DNA of 64,000 bases. Origin: Eledone cirrhosa (lineage: Eukaryota). The DNA lies in NCBI GenBank assembly GCA_964016885.1, contig CAXHJY010000739.1, forward strand, positions 62,001-126,000, given 5' to 3'. Below, one piece after another: positions 25,996-37,263 of this stretch. Each line of letters starts with the position of its first letter. The first letter of the stretch is position 1. The position numbers and the translations under genes are program-made. The notes beneath the pieces were generated by a model that was given only the letters and a program-made list of their open reading frames with translations, searched no databases and was not told where the DNA came from.

Positions 25996-27601
25996 GTTTG
26001 TATTGTAGTTGCATCACTCCAGGTTACTCAGATCCAGTCAACCATGTTTCCAACAGGCAGTGGTGAATTTTATGGAATGCAATATGACAGTTTCAAAATG
26101 TTGCATTCACTCCAATGTGCAGTGGATTTCTGTATGCTAGTTGATTCTGCCAGAGGTAGGCAAGATGGACTGAGACAGAGTACAACAGTTGCTGTTCCTC
26201 CTGCACCAAAAATTGGTGTTGTGCAACCCAATACAGTGAATGAAGGCTAATGGAGGTTATTGATGCTGTAATAACTATTTGTGTGGATTTATCTGACCTG
26301 TGTAGGAGAGACAGTGTCTTTAGGATGTTGTAGTAATGTTTTTGGGTGTTGAAGACGTGTCTAGGTGTTTGGAGGTGGGTTCCCATGTGATGTCCTAGAC
26401 TAGTCTGGGTCCTCACATGTCCAGTTTATATGGTGTGCCTATGTGTGTGAATGGTGGAATGTGGGCGCTGGGAGGTGAATGCAAAGAAGTTTACCAACAG
26501 TTCATGTGTATGTATGTTGGAGGGTGTGCATAGTGTAAAACAAATAGAGGAAGGTGGACAAGGTAGAACCTATATTGTGTGGGAGCAAAAGGAGGAAGGG
26601 CATTTAAGAGCAGAAAGAGGTCAGTGGGAGTGATGACAGAGCTTAGAAGAGGGCTAAACAGAAGCGTAGTGGGTCGGATGGAGCAGATAATCGCCATAAA
26701 GAGTAGACTGAAAATATACAGGAAGATGGAAACACAAGAATGGAAGGAAGCTATAAAGGTCTTAGGTTCTAACCTTACATGTTGCTGTAAATAGTTATTT
26801 CTCCAAAGTTACTCATACATTTAATCCTAATTGTCATTTGTACATATATGCTAAACATTAATGTAATTATATCCTAGAAATAAAATATTGAAGTATAATT
26901 TTTATCTTTAATCATTTCCATGTGTCAGCAATCAACATACACTATAGAGTTTTTCTTATGTAAACTATAAATTTATCAAAATGAAAATTTCCAAGTTTGT
27001 ATGATTGCTCATATAACTAGCAATCCTGGTATATATGGCAAACCTATACCAGGCTTATAAAAAGTGTGTTATCTGGACCCACAATGACATATCTGCAGAG
27101 AACAGTATGGATACTGCATCTGCTTTGCCATTTTACTTCTTTTTACATCCTGGTGAATGGTTGGGATGGTTAAGCCTGATCAAAGCTTATAATAATTCCA
27201 AGTTAGATGCAAAATGCAGGGTTCCAAACTAGTTAGTAACAGGTTCCCAAAACTGGTAACAGGCCCAGGCCAGAGATGTAAAATGTAGGCGTCATTTCAA
27301 ACTGCTCTATTTATGTATGAGTTTATAAACATATACTAGCCTACTTAGCCTCTTCCTACATTTTGGCATGGATATATTAAGAAAATTATTGAACAGGAGA
27401 TGAGATAACAGCAGAGTTGCTACAGCTCTTTTAACTATTTTCAGACATAATAAAATAAACACTTTTATCTCATAGAACCAGGAGCTGTTTGGTATCAAAA
27501 GGTCAAAGATATCAAACACATTGCAATAATGGATACATATTACTATAGATTTTCACATCATTTTAAGATCAACACTATAACGTTGATACATTTTGGCTTG
27601 T

Positions 27602-27727
27602 GTCCTCATATGGTTGTTATAGCCACAATGTTACAGCCATTATATCTGCTGGATATGACATGCACCTGAAGAAAGTTGGAAGATATAACAACAAAAACGT
27701 TGGGATTATAACAACCAAAGTGAGGAC
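27602..27727 (+). mobile_element. Small palindromic Penelope-derived element with a decayed hammerhead core
   Basis: GTCCTCATATGGTTGTTATAGCCACAATGTT is an imperfect reverse complement of AACGTTGGGATTATAACAACCAAAGTGAGGAC. Internal CTGAAGA-AAGTTGG..ACAAC-AAAAACGTT, with the GAAA box mutated. Confidence 0.55.
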
Positions 27728-29504
27728 TCTAGATCAACTGTATCAGAAATCCAGGTAAAATTTCGAGATCGAGTCCTATTTCTTTTTTGTATTATTTAGT
27801 GAAACAATGGCAGTGGATGAAAGAATCAGCAGAGACAAATACAATTTGGTTAGGTCCTTTAACATCATGAGTTCAAACCCTTTAGGGTTCAACTCTTGCC
27901 TTTCATTCTTCTTGGGGTTGATAAAATGAAAATACTAGTTAAGTAGCATGCTGCCATGACCAACTATACAATTCTACTTCTCTATATATTAGAAATCATT
28001 ATTTAGTTCAATGGTGCAATGGATGGGCAGAATCGGCCCCTCCCTCTCAATTACTGGGTTTAACCCTAAAGTAGAAATCCTTACTTTATTCAATGCAAAA
28101 AAAAAAAAAAAAAAAAAAGGGAATAGGTGAGTGAATGCATCATCTGATGGCCTCTGCGAACCCTCATAAAATGATGATGTTAATGCATTAATGTTTAGCT
28201 TGAATTCTAGTATATCAGTGTATAAAGGGAAAATACTGACCTAAGGGGTTCTTGGAAGAGAGAAAGGATTGGGTTGAGTGATCATAGTGGTCATTGTTGG
28301 GTCTGAAACTAGAAATAAGTTTTCTTTTAACTGCTTTGCAGAAGCTGGAAGGGTGGGGGGCAGTACCATGACTCTTTCTTTCTAGGGTCTCTAAGACTGG
28401 TTGGTGGGAGGGAGGAAAGTACTTCCAAACCAAAGACCTGGTCCAAATGCTTGCCATAGAGTGGACTTCACTAAAAACACCTAAGGGCCAAGTGGTCATC
28501 TTAAACTGGGCAATTGATTACATCTAATGAGAAGAGGGGACAACAAACATTTATTGCAATTTCAGAATATTTTAATTGTGTAAACTTTATAAATTATTGA
28601 AGTACTGAGATTGCTGGAATTTTAAAAATGCGCGAGTCCCAAACACAGATAAAAACTGTAATAACAGTTGATCACTATAAATAGCTGAATGCTCACCTTT
28701 TGAAGGTATGTGAGTGTAAGTGGTCAATAAAAACTAACAGTAATACTTCTGGAACTATTACCAGAAGTAATATTACTAATGATATTAAATTGAGCACTAA
28801 GCAGCTGAAATATACTATAAATATACATAGCTGTTTAGAAATAGTGCTAAATTTAACAGAAGCTGTGTAAATATATAAGTAAATGAGTGTCTATTTTACA
28901 TATTTCTCTGTTAACCCCCCCACCCACCAAAAGCGAATGGTTTGACTCGAATTTGAAGTCTAGATGGATTCACTATCAGAGATTGTGTACATCCATCTGT
29001 CCACAGAGAAACACACAAATAAATAACCTTATAAGTCCACCAAATATGGTTGTATCCGCCAACAGGGATATACTTATGTCACACACATGGCCATCAAATC
29101 TTGTCTTGCAGAAACAGACCATCAGTTTTAGTGATCATACTTTTAGGGACAGTATATGATTTGTTAGCTACAGACACAGTTAATTTCTAACTGAAATATG
29201 AAGTCTTTGTAAGTAAAAAGTTTTAACTTTCTAAATCCAACCAATCCAAAGGGAGTAGTGTCAACTACACATAAATAACATGTGATAAAGAAAGGTGGAG
29301 AAGGTTACATATATCCTACAATCAGGTTTCAGTCAGTTAGGCTTTTTTGTGTGCTTCCTCAATAAACCTAGTGTATAACATTGTAAACAACACACAACTA
29401 GCACATGGCATTGTGCAAGGTTTTATTCTTAATTAGTCAAAGAGGAAGGGGTAACAAGCATAATTGCAGACACATTCAAACAGATGAGGTCATGAACCTG
29501 TACA

Positions 29505-29619
29505 AGTTGGGTTTTTTTTTAGGGGCCCAGTAGATTGGAGTAGTGGGGAGAAAGTATTGGGCAGTTGGGGGTTTTTTAGGGGACCAGTAGATTGGAGTAG
29601 TGGGGAGAAAGTATTGGGC
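29505..29619. repeat. ~57-bp direct tandem duplication
   Basis: CCAGTAGATTGGAGTAGTGGGGAGAAAGTATTGGGC occurs twice. Confidence 0.9.
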
Positions 29620-30153
29620 CTAGATTTTAGTGCATGGTTTGGTAATAGAGGAAATGGGAATTTGTAGGATCAGAGAGAATATAGTTGGGAGTGTGCACTA
29701 AACGTTTGGGAATTTGTAGTAGCATTATGGGGCACAAAGCAGAATTTAAAGCTTAAGCTTAAATTTTACTGATCTCAATTCCTGAGAAGTCAGAGTTCAA
29801 ATGTGAATGTTCAACCTCTATATCATATTTTGCATTTTCTGTTGGTAAAAAACTTCATAATACTGTAGTTGTTATGTATGTATATGTGTGTGCGTATATT
29901 TATATATATATATGTGCCTATACCAATGAGTGAATATGAATGTGTGCCAGTGCGCATACATATAATTATATATTTTCATATACCCACACACACATATATA
30001 TATATATATACACATACACATATGGTAAGCTGCAACTAAACGCGAGGCAAACATCTAATCTATCAACACAATTCAACAATTCCGACTATAACTGCCAGAA
30101 TTCTTCATGTCAGGATTGCTAGAACCTTCCACCAGTCTGTATCAGTGAACAGT

Positions 30154-32445
30154 TCAGATGGAAGGTTTGTGTTTATCAACCCCACTAGAGCCAACACTGT
30201 TGCCACTTGCACCTCTCTTGCTCTGCTTCGGCACAACATTGCAGGAGAATGCACTCTGTGTGTTTGAGCTGTTGTTAGGCCCCCACCCTGGTGAACCCCA
30301 CTGGGATGACATCGGGAAACCCCTTGGCCAGCTACCGTAGTTACCACCCCACGACTGCATCATCTGGTGGTGTGTGTATGACGAAGGGATCGAGAGCGGT
30401 TGCAGTCGTAAGGCTGCAGCAGCTGCAGCAGATGTATGGTGCGGGGAGATGGAATGGGGAGGGTGTGGGGACTGAGTGGGAGGTTGAAAACTCCTGTTGT
30501 GTGAGTGCGACTCATCTGCTGAGGTATTGTGTTGGTGCTGAGATGAATGAGGGAGGGGTTGATGTGGGGAGTGTGGTGATGGAGAAGACGACGGTGTATG
30601 CTGTTGTTGCTGGTGATGAGGTGAGGGTGAGTGATGAGAGTGGTGCAAGGGGGGAGAGGTGGCTGTCTGAGGTGGATGGATGCTAACTCTGGCTGAAGAT
30701 TTTCCCTTCCCTGAGAGAGGAGCTTGCTGACACAGTCCACTTGTGGAAGCAGACCCAGTGCTATCAGGAGTATTAGAACCACTACCTCCATTAGTATTGT
30801 TATTATTATTGTTGTTGTTGTTGTCATTAGTGTTGTTGGGTGTATTAGTTGTGTTGTTAGGAATTTGTTTGTTTTGGCTCAATGCTTTAGCACTAGCGGC
30901 CTGAGCACAGGCATGGCTTTGTAGGTTGGCTCTTTGAGCAAACCCCTTTTTACAAATGTCACACGTATAAGGTTTTTGAATGAGTGGCGGTGGCACTACA
31001 GGTATCCGAATACATTCATGATGATTTAAGTTAGACCTCTGACTAAATGACTTCTTGCACACACCACACGTATATGGCTTAATGCCAGTGTGTGTGCGCT
31101 CATGGATAGTAAGGTTAGCTTTTTGAGGAAATGTTTTTTCACAGTAAGAGCATTGATAGGGCTTCAGCCCTGTATGAGTGCGCTCATGTATATCCAAGTT
31201 AGCTCGCTGAGAGAATGACTTGTCACACACAGAACATCTATACGGCTTCAGGCCTGTGTGTACACGTTCGTGAATGTTTAAATTTGCACGCTGGCTGAAA
31301 CCTTTCAGACATATTGCACATGTGAATGGCTTTTCTCCTGTATGAGTGCGCTCGTGTATGTCCAGATTTGCTCGCTGTGGAAATGCCTTACGGCAGTATG
31401 AACACTGAAACGGTTTCTCACCAGAGTGCGTGCGTTCATGTATGTCCAAGTTAGCACGTTGGCTGAATGACTTGGTACATACTGAACATGCGAACGGTTT
31501 CTCCCCAGTATGTATACGTTCATGGATGTGGAGGTTTGCCCGGAGAGAAAACGCCTTGTCGCAGACAGAGCACTTATAAGGTTTAACACCTGTGTGGACA
31601 CGTTCATGAATATTCAAATTAGCTCGTTGGCTAAAACTTTTTTTGCAAATACCACAGACGAACGGCTTTTCTCCAGTGTGTGTACGTTCGTGGATATTCA
31701 GATTGGCTCTCTGAGGAAATGATTTGGGACAGAATGAACACTGAAACGGCTTTATCCCCGTATGTGTGCGTTCGTGGATATCCAGATTTGCACGCTGGCT
31801 GAAGCTTTTTTGGCAAAAACTGCAGCTAAATGGTTTCTCTCCAGTGTGGGTTCTTTCGTGAATCTTCATGTTTGCCTTCAGAGAAAATGATTTTGGACAA
31901 TAGCTACATTTGAATGGTTTCTCTCCGGTGTGAGACCTTTCATGTATGTGTAGATTAGCACGCTGCGCAAATGCTTTCCTACAGAATGTACAGTTGAAGG
32001 TCTTCTCCGTTGTGCTGGCTGAAATAGTCCCAGAACCTCGGCCACGACCCCTCCCTCCACCTCGACCCACCCCCTGGTTAGGGTGGGAGTTCATATGGGG
32101 TAAGAGGTGGGAGTGGCCGAGTGAGTGAGAATTGGAATGAATCGCATCTGCATTGGGTACATTGAGGCAGTTCTTGAAGTTGCTGCCATTTTTGCCAGAT
32201 TCCGGAAACGGCTTCCAGCACATACTGCCGTTGTCGGGCAACACCTGCTTGTGGTCAGTTGAATGCTGAGAGTGTGGCGACATTGGGCCCTGAGGTGTTG
32301 TTGAGGTAGGGGGATGTGTTGAAGGTGCTGATCCATTGTCATTGCAGCCATTCAAGTGATGATGGTCAATCTGAGAGAATCCTCGGTTGCAGATATCATA
32401 GTCGAAAGGTCTATCCACTGGGTACATGGACTGTACCGGGTACAT
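30154..32445 (-). CDS. Tandem C2H2 zinc-finger protein, 763 aa, single coding exon (11 C2H2 + 2 C2HC fingers; RGG-like patch; Asn, His/Pro/Ser and Ala low-complexity C-terminus)
   Basis: Uninterrupted ATG-to-stop ORF with repeated CxxCx3Fx5LxxHx3H and TG(E/I/L/V)KP linkers. Confidence 0.95.
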   Translation of the reverse strand: MYPVQSMYPVDRPFDYDICNRGFSQIDHHHLNGCNDNGSAPSTHPPTSTTPQGPMSPHSQHSTDHKQVLPDNGSMCWKPFPESGKNGSNFKNCLNVPNADAIHSNSHSLGHSHLLPHMNSHPNQGVGRGGGRGRGRGSGTISASTTEKTFNCTFCRKAFAQRANLHIHERSHTGEKPFKCSYCPKSFSLKANMKIHERTHTGEKPFSCSFCQKSFSQRANLDIHERTHTGIKPFQCSFCPKSFPQRANLNIHERTHTGEKPFVCGICKKSFSQRANLNIHERVHTGVKPYKCSVCDKAFSLRANLHIHERIHTGEKPFACSVCTKSFSQRANLDIHERTHSGEKPFQCSYCRKAFPQRANLDIHERTHTGEKPFTCAICLKGFSQRANLNIHERVHTGLKPYRCSVCDKSFSQRANLDIHERTHTGLKPYQCSYCEKTFPQKANLTIHERTHTGIKPYTCGVCKKSFSQRSNLNHHECIRIPVVPPPLIQKPYTCDICKKGFAQRANLQSHACAQAASAKALSQNKQIPNNTTNTPNNTNDNNNNNNNNNTNGGSGSNTPDSTGSASTSGLCQQAPLSGKGKSSARVSIHPPQTATSPPLHHSHHSPSPHHQQQQHTPSSSPSPHSPHQPLPHSSQHQHNTSADESHSHNRSFQPPTQSPHPPHSISPHHTSAAAAAALRLQPLSIPSSYTHHQMMQSWGGNYGSWPRGFPMSSQWGSPGWGPNNSSNTQSAFSCNVVPKQSKRGASGNSVGSSGVDKHKPSI

Positions 32446-32615
32446 TTTTGCCCTTCAAGTAACAGAAAAAGGAGAGAACATTTAGGCTACATCTAATCCA
32501 TTTGGATCACAGATCTTCCATAGAGTGAAGGATTATCTTAAATCCCCTCCCTCAAACTCTATTCAGCAGTAACTCACAGATTATTGTGTTCTTTGGTGTT
32601 CTTTCCTCACGTCTT

Positions 32616-32640
32616 CTGCAAAACAAAAAAGAATAAATAA
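32616..32640 (-). other. Splice acceptor upstream of the ZnF start codon (exon begins at 32615)
   Basis: Minus strand TTATTTATTCTTTTTTGTTTTGCAG|AAGAC: polypyrimidine tract plus CAG, 170 nt upstream of the ATG. Confidence 0.65.
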
Positions 32641-32697
32641 ATAAATATATAAACCATGAATATGAGAAAACAGTTAGGAAATAAACAAATAATCCAT

Positions 32698-32870
32698 TCC
32701 TTCTAACATTGGTACAAGGTCAGCAATTTGGCAAAAGAGGGAAGTTGACCCCAATACTTAACCAGTACTTTATTTTATTGACCCAAGAAGGATGAAAAAC
32801 AAAGCTGTAATTAAGTACCACAAAGCATTTTGTCCAAATGCTCTACTGATACTGCTAATTCACCCCCTTC
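32698..32870 (-). mobile_element. SINE family A, diverged
   Basis: TTCTAACATTGGTACAAGG..CAGTACTTTATTTTATTGACCC..GGATGAAAA, shared with other copies. Confidence 0.7.
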
Positions 32871-33182
32871 AAAGAAACAAATAATAATAATAATATGCCA
32901 TACAGCACCACAACTTACATAACACATTCTACACAAGTGTTACTCAATAATATAATAAAATCCACAAACCAAAGAAATAGCCTCTATATATAGTCACTTG
33001 ACCTGCTAGAAATAACAGACAAACACTCTCAAATCATACTAAAATCTTGAAAAATAATTGATACATTATATACTATAAGTCTTCATATACAGTAGTTAAA
33101 TTGGAACACCTATGATTATAAGCTTGCCCAATCAGGGCTGAATGGGGCTTAGGCAAAAATAAACAACAACCCACACAGCATA

Positions 33183-33947
33183 TCTATATATATAAAACTG
33201 AGGATGTCTGTGTGTGTGTGTGTTTGAATCCCTAAAACTCGAGAACCACCCAACCAACTGTTTTCAAACTTTACACATGTAATACTTATGTTTCAGGGAG
33301 TGTTCTGAGCAAAAACAATTCCAAATTGTCAATGCCCTAGGGACCGCATTAGGCGATTTAGCGACCTCTCTCTATAATTCTTAGTCTTTCTCTTTTTAGA
33401 TAGATACATACATATAACGTCGCGCCCTTATAATATCTGTCTGTATGTCTGCATTACATCACTTCCCTGAGGATGTCTGTCTGTCTGTGTGTGTGTGTGT
33501 GAATCCCTAAAACTCGAAAAGTACCCAACCAATTTTTTTCAAACTTTACATGTGTATTACTTAATGTTTCAGTGATATGCACATAAAAAAAAAAAAAAAA
33601 AAAATCAACATTTTGATATCCTTGGGCCCGCATTAGGTGAAAAACTGCATTTTAAAAGCTCTTTAGGGCTTTTTGGCGATTTTTTTCTAGCCGATTTTCC
33701 CGAAATTACAAAGCATATTATGCACATAAAAAAATTCATCTTCTTGATCCCCTAGGGCCCGCATTAGGTGAAAACCTGCATTTTTCCTTCTTCATCGAGG
33801 AAAATCTTAAAGATTATCCAGCCATCAGAGTATTCGGTTTATTTTCTTTACATATTGTCCAAGCATGCAGTTTTTCCACGATTAGGTCTGTTGGCGACCC
33901 GCGTTCCAAAATACCTTATCCCGTGCAACGCCAGGTACCACTGCTAG
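33183..33947 (+). mobile_element. Non-autonomous Helitron (765 bp)
   Basis: Starts A|TCTATATATATAAAA and ends with subterminal hairpin-like CCCGTGCAACGCCAGG..CTAG|T, so it is inserted between A and T with no TSD. Internal duplications CTGAGGATGTCTGT..GAATCCCTAAAACTCGA and CCGCATTAGG x3. Confidence 0.88.
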
Positions 33948-34002
33948 TACTCTATACAATCACCACCCAACACTATAACATATACCACAGCATACTCTAT
34001 AC

Positions 34003-34287
34003 CAGAGGTTCTCAAACTTTCTGGGCCACTGCCCCCATCATGGCCATGTAATACCCTTAACACCCCCAATCCTATTTCCAGAGAGACCTGCCTACACGCA
34101 AATTGTAAATAATATATAATAGATAAAATTGTTAACATATATATAAATAATATAATATATACTATGTATAAATAAATATTATATATTTTTTATTTTACTA
34201 TATTTATAAATAATATGTATCATTTGATGTTTAATATACCATTATATCATTTCTACCTAGCACCAGCGCCCACTTTGAGAACCTCTG
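34003..34287. mobile_element. hAT (Charlie-like) MITE
   Basis: 14-bp TIRs CAGAGGTTCTCAAA / TTTGAGAACCTCTG; 8-bp TSD CTCTATAC / CTCTATAA. Confidence 0.88.
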
Positions 34288-34661
34288 CTCTATAACATAT
34301 ACTACAACATACCCTATATAACCACCACCTAACACATACCACAACATACTTTATATAACCACCACCTAACACTGTAACACATACCACAACATACTTTATA
34401 TAACCACCACCTAACACATACTACAACATACTTTATATAACCAGCACCTAACACTGTAACACATACAACATACTTTATATAACCACCACCTAACACTGTA
34501 ACACATACCACAACATACTTTATATAACCTCCACCTAACACTGTAACACACACCACAACATACTTTAAATAACCACCACCTAACACTGTAACACATACCA
34601 CAACATACTTTATATAACCACCACATAACACTGTAACACATACCACAACATACTTTATATA
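34288..34661. repeat. 45-bp minisatellite (~8 copies; a diverged unit also at ~33955-34002)
   Basis: Unit ACCACCACCTAACACTGTAACACATACCACAACATACTTTATATA. Confidence 0.92.
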
Positions 34662-36269
34662 ATGACTACCCAATGAAATAACATAACTCACATTACAGAT
34701 GAAACAGAAATAACTCTTGAAAAAATAAAATAAAACATGTATACAAACACAATCAAATGTAAAGGCATGTGCCTTAATGCTTAAGGTGTTCAGCTCACAA
34801 TCATAAAGTCACAAGTTCGATTCCTGGCAGGGTATTGTGTCCTTGAGCAAGTTACTTTATTTCATATTGCCCCAGTTCACTCATCTGGCAAAAAAAAAAA
34901 AATGAATTACACCTGTAATTCAAAGGGCTAGCTTTGTTACTTACTGTGTCATGCTCAGCCACATGTACAGTAATTTCATGAGTAGACTGTTCTGTTGTCT
35001 GAATCAACAGAGGCACAACACATTCTCAAAAGACAATGTTGGATACAGGTTAGGAAAATGGAGGTGCAGAAGGGGACAGTAGAAGCTTGCAAGAAACTTG
35101 TTGAAAACATAACACTAATAATAATTTCTAATGTAGTAAGTAAAAGCATTGTCCTGATACATGGCATGCCTTGGGTATTTTAAACTTTGCAGCGCTCACT
35201 CTTTCTAGCAAAGAATACAGCTGGTTTGTGTGTGTGTATTTGAGACAAAGAGAGAGTCAATTCCAGTAATGGACTGGTACTTTATTTAGCGACCTAGATA
35301 CAATGAAAGACAAAGCTGACCTCAGCAAGATTTAAACTCAGAGTGCAGTGAGTTAGAGCAAATATCTAGGCATTCTTAATCCAACACCTTAACAGCTCTG
35401 CTAACTGTTCTGGGAGCAGGGACATACGTAATATCAAGCCATTGGATGGATGAAAAGCCAAGCCGGTTTGAACTCAGCACAGAATACTGGAACAAATACC
35501 ACTAGATATTCTATACAACATAACAATAGGTTTCCTAAATTTCACACATATGATCACAGTTTGGGGTGGGAAATGGGTGGAGTCAATTCAACCAACAACT
35601 CTCATTATACTAAAGGTATTTTTAAAAAAAATCAACTCAAGAAAAATGGATAGCAGAGTCTGAACACAAACCAGAAATAAAAAGGATGTGGCTAGAATAC
35701 TGTAAGGAATTTTCTTTAAGTCTGTCTCAAATCCTGAGACTTATTAGGCCAGTGCTTATCCAGGTTTCCTTGGTATTGAGGGACTGAGAGTACAAGATTC
35801 ACCCCTGGATATAACACCAGTCCATCGCAGGGTTAAAACCCCAGCTTCAGCTGATACTCATTTTCAGTTGAGTATACTGGAGCAATATGAAATGAAGTGT
35901 CTTGTTCAAGAACACAACACACAACCCAGTCCAGGAATTGAACCAACAACGTTATAATTGCAAGTCCAACATTCTAACTACTAGGTCACGAACCTTCAAC
36001 CATTTTCTTTGAGGCTTTACCAATTTGATCACCCATCACTTTCACAACAACAGTTTCTAACTTAGATACAAGACCCACTAATTTGAGCATATAGGTGATT
36101 TATGTGTCCTCTCTATTTATATATTATGTAATTTGTGAAGAAGCTGACCACTGGTTTACAACATGTCTAATGGCAACAGTGGCTTAGGGAAAATCTGAAA
36201 CTATAGTGGAATATACTATAAAGGTAATTTTTGTTTGACACGCTGCTTTATGACTAATTTATACACACT

Positions 36270-36560
36270 CTCTCCTACCATGGTACCACCTTATTGCACA
36301 ACATCCTAACACCATGTCCCCCCTCCCTTCATACTTATGCTTTCTTCTACCATGATACAAATCTTTTGTGCTACATCCTAATAACATGTCCCTTCCCTAT
36401 TTATCCTCTCCCACCATGATACAACCCAATTACGTAACATCCTAACAACAACCAACATGTCCTCAACTCACCTCTGCCCCCCCCCCCGCGTTCATATTTT
36501 CTATTATCATACAGTATTGCACAACATTCTAACAACAACCAGCATGTCCCCCTCCACTCA
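36270..36560. repeat. Degenerate ~70-bp tandem repeat
   Basis: Recurring CCATGATAC..ACATCCTAAC..CATGTCC motifs, about 4 copies. Confidence 0.55.
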
Positions 36561-37190
36561 CTTTATTATTGAACTTCTTCTTACTCATATTCATAGTGAC
36601 TCCTCAATTAACATCTTGGCCATCACTTCCCCTCAAAATTAGATTCTCAGGTAGCTTTGCTTTATAAGAACATAGACATTGTCATACAGGAACAAAGCAA
36701 CTCCTCTTATGTCGGTGCCACAATAAAATGCACCAAGTTCACTCTGTAAAGTGGCTGACGATTGAATAGACAACATAGGGCAGGACGCTCTAATCATGTT
36801 GAAGATTCGACAACCTTTCTAGTGTTGGTGTCATGATAAAATGCACCTAGTATCCAGCTGTACAAACCATGCTACAAGTAGTCAATCACTATAAGTTATA
36901 GTTGAGAATCTATCAGGTAAAGTATCCATGGAGATGGAAAAAAAGTGGGCAGAGATGAGGAAGCTATGAGGAACCAGATGCTGGGCGAGTGCGTTAAACA
37001 ATATGCTAAAAAGGTGCTGGTCACCAATTCCATCTTCTCAACTATTATCTATAGTGATCCGCTATTATTATGTTCAAATGCATTGGGATGTACACATTTT
37101 GAATTTTTCCCAATGCTTCTTAAGACAACTTCGTTTATACTTCCAGCTACAAACTTAAAATCTTCTGAAAATATGAAATTAGTGGCTGGT

Positions 37191-37263
37191 GGCTGTTTAG
37201 TGTAATGGTTAATGCACTTGCCTGGTATGAGAGATGATGGGTTAGATTTCTCATAGACACGCC
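37191..37263 (+). pseudogene. tRNA-like pseudogene or SINE head within a degenerate ~200-270-bp tandem (37023-37530)
   Basis: 73 nt GGCTGTTTAGTGTAATGGTTAATGCACTTGCCTGGTATGAGAGATGATGGGTTAGATTTCTCATAGACACGCC followed by a T7 run. Second partial copy at ~37440-37475. Confidence 0.45.

Noticed and set aside
23400-30150. Possible long 3'UTR or extra exons of the ZnF gene
   Set aside because: The end cannot be located from sequence alone; many chance AATAAA and splice-like sites.
34329-34691. Repetitive YIKYVVVCVTVLGGG ORF
   Set aside because: Translation of the 45-bp minisatellite.
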